A stretch of DNA of 64,000 nucleotides from Azolla caroliniana. Lineage: Eukaryota > Plantae > Polypodiophyta. Location: assembly GCA_043228905.1 (NCBI GenBank), contig JBHGNT010000013.1, positions 19,902,001 to 19,966,000 of the forward strand, given 5' to 3'. The translations under genes and the position numbers were made by a program. Shown here in pieces: positions 52,579 through 64,000 of this stretch. The number at the start of each line of letters is the position of its first letter. Position 1 is the stretch's first letter. The notes under the pieces were generated by a model, which had not been told where the DNA came from, did not search any database, and worked only from the letters and a program-made list of their open reading frames with translations.

Positions 52579-53595
52579 GAAATGGTGTCCATGATAAGAC
52601 TATCAATTTCCCTACATTTGAGGGAGAAGATAGGGATCATAACAAGAATATGATGAATATGTTTCGCAGTAAATAACATTATTTACAGATGTTGCATCAC
52701 ATATAGCACATTATCACCATTATCAAAGTGGGTCTCTCTTTGGTGGAGAAAGATTATATATTACGGATTGAACTAATGTTGCACAAAAGAATAAGGGATT
52801 AAGGAAAAGAAAGGATTAAATGTGCTTAACCACCTACCTCAATTGTGTGATGAACATATGCGAAACAGGAAATATCATCATCGTCTCATGCCACCAAATA
52901 TTATTGTATGCTATACCTTGGATGTTGAATAGTGCATTGAAAGAAGAGAGCTTATCCTCATCAAGTATATTCTTGATAGTGTCTCAAGATGTTGTATTTA
53001 GGGGGATAGCTAGTCCCTTTAAAGCTCAAGACCTAATAGTCTTAGACCACCAGATGTTCCCACGTGTATAGGTCCTTATGTCTTTGTCCCAATTCCTAAA
53101 GAAAACTGATTTCTTGAATATCCAACCCATTAACCCATTGAAACTAGCTATAGAATTGCTCCACAAGGTTATGCTTGTAACATTATATGTAGTGGTTGAC
53201 TCGTAATTGAGCAACACGACATCAATAGATTATGGTTGGTTTGTTGTTGAATGGTTATCTCACCATATTGCACTAACCTTGGAAGATTGAGATTGCACAT
53301 AACTTCGAAGGTCTTGATTGCTAGTTATGTTTTAATAGTTGATAAAGGAAATATGTGTAGACAAGTACTATCAATCATATATAAGTGTCTTGTTATATCT
53401 CACAATTATATGTTTTAAGTGATAAGGAAGATTGAGACTATTGGTAGATGAATACATATATTGTAGGATTGTGAAAGTTACAGAATAGCTCAGGGTTAAT
53501 TTAACTCACTTACTCGTAGATAAAGTTTTGGAATTTGGAAGTTCATTTTGACTTTAATAATGTACTCGCCAACTTTTTGATGCCCGTGAGCTCAA

Positions 53596-53880
53596 TCAGA
53601 AGAGATATGGTTTCAAGAAGTAAGAGCATGCACATTGTTTATATATTTGAAATGAAGAAACTTCACAAGGAAAGTATATTCGAACATTTTCAAACTCTTT
53701 CCAATTGCATTTAGGTATGCCATTGCCCCATACTTCAACCCTATAAAGAAGCACAAGTGCATCGAAGTGCCAATTTGGTATTTTTGAGAGCGAGAGGAAA
53801 GAGCTTACCGAGTAATTGGTTTCAATGCATGTGCTATTTGAAGATCGTAAGGTCGTTGCCTTTGTACACTGATGTTGCAT
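53596..53880 (-). mobile_element. Decayed RTE/RTEX-like LINE fragment
   Basis: HFDALVLLYRVEVWG resembles LFDTLVTQTLLYGVETWG in the LINE at 8880-8940. Confidence 0.5.
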
Positions 53881-53969
53881 GTAGTTTAAGAGAAGTAACA
53901 AAAAAAAGGGTTAACAAAAATGTGTGAAAGTAAAAGAACTCCAAACTCATGGCCTACAATGTTGATACA

Positions 53970-54228
53970 TGCATGGTATTGGGCTTGTGCCATTGCAACA
54001 ACAATATTACGATAAAAATCAAGAGTGGTACAAATAAGGAAAACATGAGGGGCATCAAGTAATGTGGAAAATAAATAGAATAAGAGTCTAAGGCCTTTTG
54101 TGCATGGTATTGGGCTTGTGCCATTGCAACAACAATATTACGATAAAAATCAAGAGTGGTACGAATAAGGAAAACATGAGGGGTATCAAGTAATGTGGGA
54201 AATAAATAGAATAACAGTCTAAGGCCTT
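53970..54228. repeat. 131-bp tandem duplication
   Basis: tgcatggtattgggcttgtgcc...agtctaaggcctt at 53970 and 54101. Confidence 0.93.
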
Positions 54229-54298
54229 GGGTTCAAGGCTCGACTAACGACAATCTACATTAGAAGTGGCTCCTAGAGAGAGAATTAGATATAAAAAA

Positions 54299-54607
54299 GG
54301 GAAAAGTACTAGGATACCCCTGGAAGTTCTTCTATTTATTAGAGTGCCCCTGGAAATTCCAAATTTACCAAACTACCCCTATGTCCAAAAAATTACACTT
54401 TATAAAGTAATTATACACTCAAATCTACAAGCCCTATTTATCAAAGATGGAAGAAATGGACCCGAACTAGCCCTATTTACCAAAGATTTGAGTGTATACT
54501 TTATAAAGTGTATTTTTTTGGATATAGGGGTAGTTTGGTAAATTTGGAAATTCCAGGGGCATTCTGATAAATAGACGAACTTCGAGGGGTATCCTGGTAC
54601 TTTTACC
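54299..54607. mobile_element. Mutator-like MITE (309 bp) with long TIRs
   Basis: ~125-bp imperfect TIRs GGGAAAAGTACTAGGATACCCC / GGGGTATCCTGGTACTTTTACC. 9-bp TSD TATAAAAAA (54290-54298) / TATAAATAA (54608-54616). Confidence 0.88.
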
Positions 54608-54676
54608 TATAAATAAAATCCCTCCCTCTCTCTCTCTGGCATATACTTCTGCATGTTACGCTTTTTTGATCAAAAC

Positions 54677-54801
54677 ATGGTCCCCTTCATAAAATCGTCA
54701 TCGCTCTTCCTCTTTGCAATCGCGCTTCTACTCATTTCCCGCACTGTTCACGCCGATTTATTCGAATGTTCTTCAACACTTATCAAATCCACTGCAACTA
54801 G
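54677..54801 (+). CDS. Putative first coding exon of a secreted protein (signal peptide)
   Basis: aaacATGG context. MVPFIKSSSLFLFAIALLLISRTVHA-DLFEC looks like a signal peptide. Donor AG|GTATGC. TATA-like and CT-rich sequence lie just upstream. Downstream exons are uncertain. Confidence 0.55.
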
Positions 54802-55220
54802 GTATGCAAAATTTACCACATCTTTTCCACCAAATTTCTGCTCCTTTTTCAATGTAGATCAGTTTCTTATGATTCAATCTGCTGGACATTGGCTACCTTT
54901 ATTGTTTATCTCACTTAAAGAGAAGTTTCTATGAAAAGAACTGGTTTCAGTCTGTGGTATCTCAAAATACCACTGCTTGCTATGATGTGGGACCATTTTG
55001 TAGCCTTTTTCTTCTTCACTGATGCGAGGAGGATAATAAGTCCAAGTTCTTCTAATAAATTTCACTTTCTACATCCAATGGACATATAATTTTTGAATGA
55101 TGCTTTTCATTACGTTTCACCTAATCAAAAGGCCCATAATTGATGACTGAGGATATTTCTCACGTGAAAGCTTGAAACTGTCTAAATGATGTGGATGGAT
55201 ATAATAAAAATATATTAGTC

Positions 55221-55422
55221 GAATGATGAAGCTCAAATGGCTATTTCTTGCCAGTTTGATGTGAATTGTTATATTAACAATATATTATTTGAATGGTGAA
55301 CCTTAAATGGCTATTTCTTTCCAGTTTGATGTGAATCGATATCTTAACATTAGATTATTTGCATGATGAAACTCAAATGACTGGTTCTTGCCATACAAAG
55401 CTCAAATGACTATTTCTTGCCA
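55221..55422. repeat. Degenerate ~71-bp tandem repeat
   Basis: ctcaaatggctatttcttgccagtttgatgtgaat recurs 3-4 times. Confidence 0.8.
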
Positions 55423-56349
55423 GTTTTCTTTACTATCTGATGTCTGATATACTAGCCTAGTCATACTTTCTGATGATTGATATATTAGATTACATGGTTT
55501 GATGGATGATACTAGTGTACATTATTTGACTGGTGATATTCCCTACACAAACCTTTTCTTGAGAATCTTTTTGATTTTTGCATTATATGCACTAATGTGT
55601 TGGCCATTATTTTTATGAATGTTGATATTTCTTGCATGAAAACCTACACTTTATGGATTATAAAAAATTGCATCATTCAGTTGACTTTGATCTGGATAAT
55701 TGACTATAATACGCTTAATATGAGAAGGAAATCAATGAGTCACTTATGCAGAAAATATCCTTTACAATTTGGCCGAGTTTCTTTTGCGTGCATGAGTTTT
55801 CTAGAAAATTATGCGAAAATACTAAGAAATTATGGTTAGTAGATAAGTGTATATATATCTATCTAATTCCACTCCCTTTATAAATATTTCCAGCTGGACA
55901 ATTTTAAATTTGACTTTAGTGAATGAGGTTACCGTTGTCCCTAATACTGCCTACGCTTTTAGCGATTGGATGTATACCCTATGATGATAATATATTCACA
56001 TTGTAACCTATAACTCAATGTATGGAAATACACTTATAACATGCTTGTTTTGAAATATTATTGTTTTTCTTGCAACATTTTAATTGAATGATCTTTGCCA
56101 TGGGGCATGTTTAGTATCAAAGAGGCTTTATTGTTTCTCATTCCAGGTACTAGGAAGCAATGTGCCCTATAGAGAAACTTCTAGGGGAGAATATTATCTT
56201 GCGATCTTCAGAATGCACTCCAATGCCACTAAATGTTATGGTAGTGTTTTTACTGTGGACTGTGAAACTGTGTTATTCCAATATTCATTGATTAGATGTT
56301 TAGCTTGGGATTTTACTTAGAGCAAAGAGTTTCATCTTTTCTATCTCCA

Positions 56350-56610
56350 TGTTCACTGACTAGTATTTGTTTTCAGATATAGCAAAGATTCTATCCCAAC
56401 GTTCATTGAATAGATGTTTGTTTTCATACTGGCTGTCTCTCGGATTTTAGATACAGCAAAGACTGTAATACTATGTTCATTGACTAGGTGGGTGTTTTCA
56501 TACTGATTGTCTATTTGCATCTAGATACAGGAAAGTCTGTATTCCAATACTCATTAATTAGGTGTTCGTTTCATACTGACGATCTCTAAGATTTTAGAGA
56601 TAACAAATAT
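56350..56610. repeat. Degenerate 74-bp tandem repeat
   Basis: AGATACAGCAAAGA...TTCATTGA.TAG...TTTCATACTG units with AG at 56375, 56449, 56523 and 56596. Confidence 0.8.
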
Positions 56611-56976
56611 TTTCGTCTTTTTCTTGCTGGTATCTTGTCGCAACCTCAGCAAGTCATTGAAGCATGATTCACCATATAGGTATAACTGCTTATGATTCAC
56701 ATTTCTTCACGATGCATCAGGTCAGACTTGGGACACACACCAACAAAGAAGCAAATAAGTCAGATAAATCATTATGCAGAATGAGTAAACTTCTTGGAAA
56801 ATTCTTCGTCACAATCTCCTGAATGGATGGAAGATTGGGAGTCCCTTTGGAGTGGAAGAATAATAGGGGGAGAAATAATAGATGAAGGCGAGGAAGATTA
56901 TTTTGAACTGCACAAAATTTCCATGAAATCTTAGAAGAGGCCAATCATCCAAGTCAGGTTTTGATGTTATAATTTC

Positions 56977-58969
56977 TATTGAAGTAACTAAAGCATTACT
57001 AAACATAAAAGGAGGAAAGCGACTAAAGGAAAGATAACATCAGGTTTAACATTTGAAATAAGAAACTAGTAGTTTCTGTTTTTCAGACATTGTTTTCTTG
57101 TATTAAAAAGAACTACTCCCACCACAGAAATCAAGGAAAAACAAGCTAGATATGTTTTCTGATTTTCTCTTCTTCAACATGGTATCAGAGCGGTCCATGC
57201 ATTTGATATTGCTCTGCTTGCTTCTGCAGCCTTTATAGTTGAAAGCTTCCTTCATAGCTCACGGCCTTTAATGCTGGAAGCTTCCTTCTCAGCCTGCAGC
57301 CTTTAGCCCTCGTTTCGTAATTCCCCCTTCTGCTTCTCCATCTGCATATTATATAATATTCAGCAGTCATCGCTGATTCAGTTTTTTCATGTCTGGTGCC
57401 CTTCATTGCCAACTCTTACTGGTTCAGCCCTTATTGCTAAGTCACATATGTTTAGGTTGTATAGCCAAACCCTGTATGTTTTATCTTGTCATCGTAGTTG
57501 CTCTCAGACTTCATAGCCTATAATATTAAGCTCTTGATTGCTGATTCTTTTTCTTTAATCTGAGGCCTTCATTTCCATTCTGACTTCCTTTTAGTAAGTT
57601 TTTCACGTTCTTTCCATCTTCAAATGTCAGAAACAACTGGAGTGAGCAATATTCCTATAGTGCAACTTGTTGAGACAGCTAACATTTCAGATTGGTGTAG
57701 AAGATCTACCAAATATACCAGCTGCTAATTCATTGAATGGAAAAAATTATTTTAGATGGTCACATGTTATTCACACACTCTTTGAAGGGAAAGGCATATA
57801 AAGCCACACAATTGAGAATGGACCAGAGGAAGGTGACCCGAGATTTGTTGCATGGGACAAGAAGAATTTGATGACCATGATGTTGCTTTGGAACTCAATG
57901 ATACATGAAATCAGTGAGACATGTTTGCTTTCCCAGTGCAAAAGAGAGATGGGATGCAGTCATGCAGACCTATTAAAACGCCCATGATGCAGCCCAGGTA
58001 TATGAAATAAGGGTGAGAACCCTGTCTATAAAACAGGATACTTGAACTATCACTGAGTATGTTAATGAGAAAAAGAGCTTGTGGCAAGACCTTGACTATT
58101 ATAGGAAAATAAAAACAGAATTGTGTGAAAGACACAACCATCTTCAAGACACTTCCAGAATATATGACTTTCTTGCTGGTACTAAAAAGGAATTAATTCA
58201 AGTCCAGTTGCAGATATTGGATAATGCAGTCATATACATTAATTGATACGATATCTAAAAGGAAGTTCAGAACAGGGTACCAGGCTTGGAATAAATGCAT
58301 ATATAACTGCAGAGTATGCAGGTTCAGTTCTAGATGGGAGATTAACATTAGGTTATCGTACTTCCATTGGAGGAAATCGAGTGACATGAAGCAAAACGAA
58401 AAATGTGGAAACAAGGTCAAGTGCTGAAGCTGAATTTCTAGCAATGGCACTAGGAATATGTGAACTTTTGTGGAAAAAAATGATCTTGCAAGACTTGAAA
58501 ATAAAATCGGAAGGAACTATGTGGCTTTACTGGGACAACAAATCAGCAATCAACATAGTGCACAATCCAGCACAGAATGCCAGAACGAAACACATAGAGG
58601 TGGACAGCTATTCTATCAAGGAGAAGGTGGATAATGTTCTGATTTGCATATCTTATGTTCTCACAACTACTAGCAGATATTCTTACTAAAAGATTAAGCA
58701 GTCCAATATTCCAAACAATTCTATCCAAGCTGGGAATGCCAAACATACATTCACTAGCTTGAGGGGGAGCATTGAAGTAACTAAAATGTTACCTAAAAAT
58801 AGATGGGAAGTAATTAAAAGAGACATAATGTCAGATTTAAAATTTGAAATAAAAAACTAATGGTTTTTATTTTTAGACATTGTTTTCTTTTATAAAAAAG
58901 AACTGCTCCCACCACAGAAATTAAGGAAAAATGAGCTTGATATATTTTCTGATGCTCTGTTCTTCCACA
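56977..58969 (+). mobile_element. Old, internally deleted Copia (Ale-like) element, ~2 kb
   Basis: Diverged ~200-bp LTRs at 56977-57179 and 58770-58969. TSD ATTTC at 56972-56976 and 58970-58974. PBS TGGTATCAGAGC at 57180; PPT TTGAGGGGGAG. Gag LNGKNYFRWS and RNase H RSSAEAEF...ARTKHIEVD are present; integrase and most of RT are absent. Confidence 0.88.
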
Positions 58970-61429
58970 ATTTCAATTATTGCTGTATGAAAAAGGGACA
59001 CTTTGTTGTTTTTAGAAGATCAATCAGCTTGAGTAATGGCAATGTTATTCAATTAATATAGACTTACTGTTTTTAATTATAATGGTAGCGAATTTTCGTA
59101 TTTAGCTACCATGTAGACTTGCATCATCGAATCTCAGAAGCAATGTAGGATGATTGAATGTAGAACCATAAATTTTCAGGTTGTTTTTGACACTGCTCGA
59201 TCTCATCCTATCAGTACCTTTTCTCATGGTGGCTTTGGCAATATAGGACTTTCATATTTTGCTAAGCTATATCTACCTCGATTTTATTGTATTTCGAAAA
59301 CATTTAAGAGTGTAGAGATGTTGGTAACTATGAGTTACAAAAGCTTTGGTTGTAAGTGACAATCAAATTTATTTTAAAGATTATAATTTCTATTAGATGC
59401 ATCATGCAATGCTCAAATATTTTATTTTTGATTTTATTTTTGTTTAAATTGTAGTCTACAGTATTTGATTCCAAAATTAGCCCTTATTTTAACTAGGTGC
59501 CATGATGTAGCAGTGATTTGGCGTTTGGAATGAGTTTTCCTGCTGGACAATGAGCCCTCGGTGTGGTCAACATAAAACAGTCTCTATCATAAGTGAAACT
59601 TGGATATATAATACACATTTACGATTATATGAAAACTGTCAAGTATATTAATTATGTTTTTCTTGTCCTTCTCTTAATGGCTATACTGGTTTTATGATTT
59701 ATATGTTAAAATTTTTAACTAATCTTTTGTATGATTGAGGCACATTTAACTTCTTGATATTGCTGGAAACCATTTTATCAATTTTAATAAAATATACATT
59801 TTCTATATATATATTTCAGTTTTTTCATGCCCTATTGTCATAATTTCTACATCAGCCTTTTCTTACTGATATAATGCACAGTTTATGGATCTGAACAGGA
59901 AGTCCATCCTTTGTTACATCATTCCATGTGTACTTATCATATATCAACTTAGTATCACAACCAATGAGCTAATCCAAGGTATGTTTGTTGGATGTGGAAA
60001 ACCACTTGATTAGTGATTTTAACACATGTCAACTATTGATTTCAAAGTGGGATGGAATTCAATGTATTGATATATTTAGTTTGATCAACCCATGTGTTCT
60101 CATACGCAGTCACATGCTATAGATCTATCATACTGTGGATCTTATTCTTTAAATTGAGAAACCATTGTTGAAAAACCTTTTGCAGTGTTTATGAATGTCA
60201 TACTTGAGCTATATATGTCTTAAAAAACATATTAAATTCTACCAAGCCTCTATCCTATGTGACCTATCAGAAGTCTCAGTAGGCTGGCATCAGTTGGAGT
60301 GTGTCAGAGATAGGTGACATACTGCATAGATAAGTAGGAACAGAAAAGACAGAACTACCACCACTTGAAATATGCGGTGATGAGCTCTGCCTAGAGCATG
60401 GAAGGGTGAATGTAGGAGACAAGGAAAAGGCAAGAGGCAAGATGAGAGGAAGGTAAATACGCCAAGTGCTTGATCAAAATGCTCAGATAAAGGGGCAAGA
60501 TCTATTTATTGGGTGATCTGATTATGGGTGACCTTTAATTAATTAATGAGATCTGGGCGGCACTTGAGAGATGACATTCATTTGCCTTTAAAGCTTGAAG
60601 ACGTTGGTACCTTCTTATGATGGGTTACCCTACACAGTCACTATCCAACCATCTAGTGTGAACGTGTGGGTGACTTTGCTGCCTGATTGTGGTATGACTT
60701 TGTTTGTGACTAATTATTCCTCTGGTTCAAAACTAGACTATCTAGCTTACCGGTTGATTCTAAACCTCAGCTTTACCTGGCTACCCATCCTTAATTGGTG
60801 GCCTTGGTTGGGTTAGATGCCCAGGGCTGCTCTGCTGTGATCATTGCACCCTTGCTTGAAGGTGTGATGGTTGTTGCTTAGTTGCTGACAGGAAAGTGTT
60901 TGATGCCAGGAGACCATCTATAGCTGCAGCCAAAAATCATTTATTAGCTGCATCTTAATCTGACATCAAGTGTGGTGACTTGGATTATATTGTCAATGAT
61001 TTAGTGAGTGATCAAATACAGATCAGGTCATCGTAGTTGCAATTTGTTGGGCATTAAGTCAGACTGGTGTACCTTTGAGGAATTGAGCCTCGTGAGGCCC
61101 AGCAAGATATTCTCAAAGCATAGCAGGGCACCATGGAAGGTCGTCAGCTCAAATATTTTCTGGTCAAATCTTCTCTCCCTTAATTTTTTGTTTGCTAGAT
61201 TGATGTGGCTGCAGAAAGATGAAATTCGGGAACTCAAGTTAGCACTTAATAGGCATTTGAACGGTGGCCATCAAATCCAAAGCAGCTTTCCAGTGCTGTC
61301 ATTCCTCCAGCTACAACGTGCTTCAAATACGCCCTAAAGTCACAAGAAGTGGCAGGGCTGAATTACCGGCTGTCCTCCACTGCTGAGCTCAAATTAAAAA
61401 TAAAGCTAAGACCATGGTGGCACCACTGA

Positions 61430-61810
61430 GGTAAGGTTATGCCCACAGCTATCTGTGATCTCCATTAGGCTTAGGCTGATCACTTTGAAGTGCAGGTGGT
61501 CATTTGCAATGGAAAGGCGTGAGACTTGGCCTTGCAGTTGGATGCATCATTGAGTATTATACGTCCAGTCACAGCATGCATCAAATTCACCCAGAAGATG
61601 CTAATACCGAAGCTGTGACTACTGTGGTAAGGTTATGCCCACAGCTATCTGTGAGCCCCATTAAGCTTACCAGAAGGCTGATCAGTTTCAAGTGCAGGTG
61701 GCTATTGCTATGGGCAAGGCCTGAGACTTGGCTTTGCAGTTGGATTCGTCATTTAGGCACACATCAATGAGTGTTATACCCCCAACCACAGCATGTCTCA
61801 GATACACCCA
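61430..61810. repeat. Diverged ~196-bp tandem duplication
   Basis: ggtaaggttatgcccacagctatctgtga...aagtgcaggtgg...tgagacttgg at ~61430 and ~61626. Confidence 0.8.
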
Positions 61811-64000
61811 GAAAACATAAAATGCGGCAAATTTGTTGGCTGAATTATGGGCTTGTAGTATCTTGACAAACTAAGAAGTGCTTTCTCTGCTGAATACCAT
61901 ATATGAACGTCATGGAAATAATTTATGTTTTTTCAACATCTGGGAAATAGAAAGAAATATAAAATAATATCTTGTATCATTGATTGGGATCAGGCACTCA
62001 TAAAGCATCCTATTTGTCTTATTTCACAGGTGGTGTTACTAGAATGGCTTGATGAGGTAGAAGTTAACAGGATGAAAAGTTATGGATAGTCAAGAAACTA
62101 TAGACTTAGCATACCACTTCTTTCAAATATTCTTGAATGTATGGAATGTGCAATCACAGCAAATGAAGGTATAGGACAATGGAGATCTAAAACTTAAGGC
62201 TTATATTGTTCATTCCGGGCTGGCCGTAATTTGTTCGTCTATTGGTTTCGCATTTTCGTTTTACACATGCAGAAACACTTATTCTTCTTACTAGTGCAGG
62301 TGTGGATTCCAATAACTTTATCTGTATATATATAGTCTTTGCTGAGATTACTTTATCATCTATGACTTCGTTTGGCATAGGCAGGGGGTCAGCAAGCTCG
62401 ATGATCATGGAAGAGGTTCGCGGTTGTGCTGCTGGTTTGTTAATTTCCAGAGGTATGAGGGGAACAATGTCTAGGAGTAGAAGTGGGAGTGGGAGTGGGA
62501 GCATCTGTCTTAGGAGGGTGTCTGTCTGCCAAGTGTTGTCTTGCTCCCACCTGGCCAGAAAACGATGGACCTCACTTGTCACGTCCATTGCCATTTCATG
62601 AGGTGCACGTGTTATGTCCTCTCACCTCTCTGCTGCTACAACCACATCCAGGAAGTAGGTTTCCTTACCTTATTGGAGTTGGATGATTGATCTGCCTGGA
62701 GGAGATGAAGCTCAACGTCATCAGTGTAGTGTGTTTGCAATGAGGTTAATTGAACCCACTAGCTCAAGACAAGTGCAAGATAATTACTACAATGCCCAAC
62801 TATCAATTACTAAGAGGAGGTTAGCCAATGCTTCACCGAAACACACAAGCAGACATTAATATTGAAATAATTAGGTGGAATTTACTCTAAGGGAAGTGGT
62901 AGGAATAGCAAAAAAGAAGTTTCATGAAGAGACAATTGCTGGCATAAAAAAATAGACAATGTATCATTGATCTTCTATTGTTCATGGGTGGATGAGGATG
63001 TATATAGGACACACTAGAGAACAAGGTCAATTTGGCCAGTGTAGTGGATTCTCCAAGCCCAGGTACACATATTAGGAGCTTAAGGTTTGGAAGGGAACTG
63101 ATCCTTTTTTGGGTACTTGTCATCTACATGAGTGCCATCTACTAGAGTGCATTGTACATGGCCTTGTACGTACTATTGTGAATAGTACAGTACTCATCTC
63201 TGATGCTGTGTTGAGTCCGTCCTGTATCAATCTCAGTGTCGTGTCATTGTCCTAATCTGGCCATTGCTTATCATTTTTTCTGTAGTCATTATCTCGTATC
63301 TTTAGGTCTTGAGGGATTAGGTCAACCCTTCAGTTTTCAAACTCCAATGAATCTCACTGAGATGGAAGACAATGAAGCTGAATTTGTGTCCATTTTCTTC
63401 AGTAGCACCAAAAAGGCTAGAACTCGAATGCAAATATGCAATACAAGCCTAGAAAGAGGTGAGATACTAAAGAAGACATTATATAGAAAAATATTGGGCA
63501 AGGACTAGCCTTGCGACGCAGTAAGGATATGAGCATGAAGGATCCAGTGGTATTAGTGAACCATGGGCCTGAAATGAGCATAATGTTGGTTGAATTGTAC
63601 AATTGAGGGTAACAATGGTGGTTGGGTCAATGCATGCACACCAAGAACCAATGGTCCATATTTAACCCACTTATCATAGAAGCAAATATGGAGGCTAAAG
63701 TCATTGTCAATAGGTGGAACTACGCTCAAATTAGAAGCAAGGATATGAAAAAGACTATTCAACTCTTGATAGTGAAGACCAACCATCATTGAGGCAAGGG
63801 TCGGCTTTGTAATTGACCTCTTGCTTCAAACACAAACTTACACAGATCTTTGGAACAAACCATGATATTAAGAGGATATGATAGTGTCAAGTTTGTTAAC
63901 ACCTTGCTGAGGCAATTGAATGAAAGAAAAAAAGAGCTCTAGTAGAATATTGTGAGGGTATGATGGTGCCAAGCATGTTGAGACCTCATTGCGATAATTG

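Noticed and set aside
55221-56610. Regularly spaced repeats as a CRISPR-like array
   Set aside because: Whole units are homologous with no unique spacers, the context is eukaryotic and there are no cas genes.
62187-62601. Overlapping 135-aa and 119-aa ORFs
   Set aside because: No recognisable motif or splice structure; probably decayed repeat sequence.

Overview
Plant nuclear DNA. The TE families and gene style suggest a seed-free vascular plant, but that is inference. 1-12 kb appears to be a >12-kb first intron of a minus-strand HDA9-type histone deacetylase gene; only exon 1 (MPPKDRVSYFYD-G, 11992-12028) is in the window. That intron holds head-to-tail RTE/RTEX-like LINEs, one split by a Copia element. 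The Copia itself carries a rearranged LINE with a ~350-bp-arm foldback, an intact hAT MITE and a truncated second insertion. Further along are a full-length degenerate Copia (16001-21561), a large multi-exon IQ-motif gene (24229-~33870), a SHAQKYF MYB gene of the KUA1/MYBS3 type (43382-45263), a minus-strand Copia with a nested solo LTR (46833-52578), a Mutator-like MITE at a TATA-like site before a signal-peptide exon (54299-54801) and an old internally deleted Copia (56977-58969). The most striking observation is a degenerate ~100-130-bp tandem array at 24.46-25.4 kb whose homologous units alternate between open 3n exons and stop-containing GT-AG introns, which looks like intron gain by tandem duplication. 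Also notable is a C-terminal PCNA-binding (PIP-box) motif kept in three LINE copies. All calls come from reading the sequence by eye; no searches or alignments were run.
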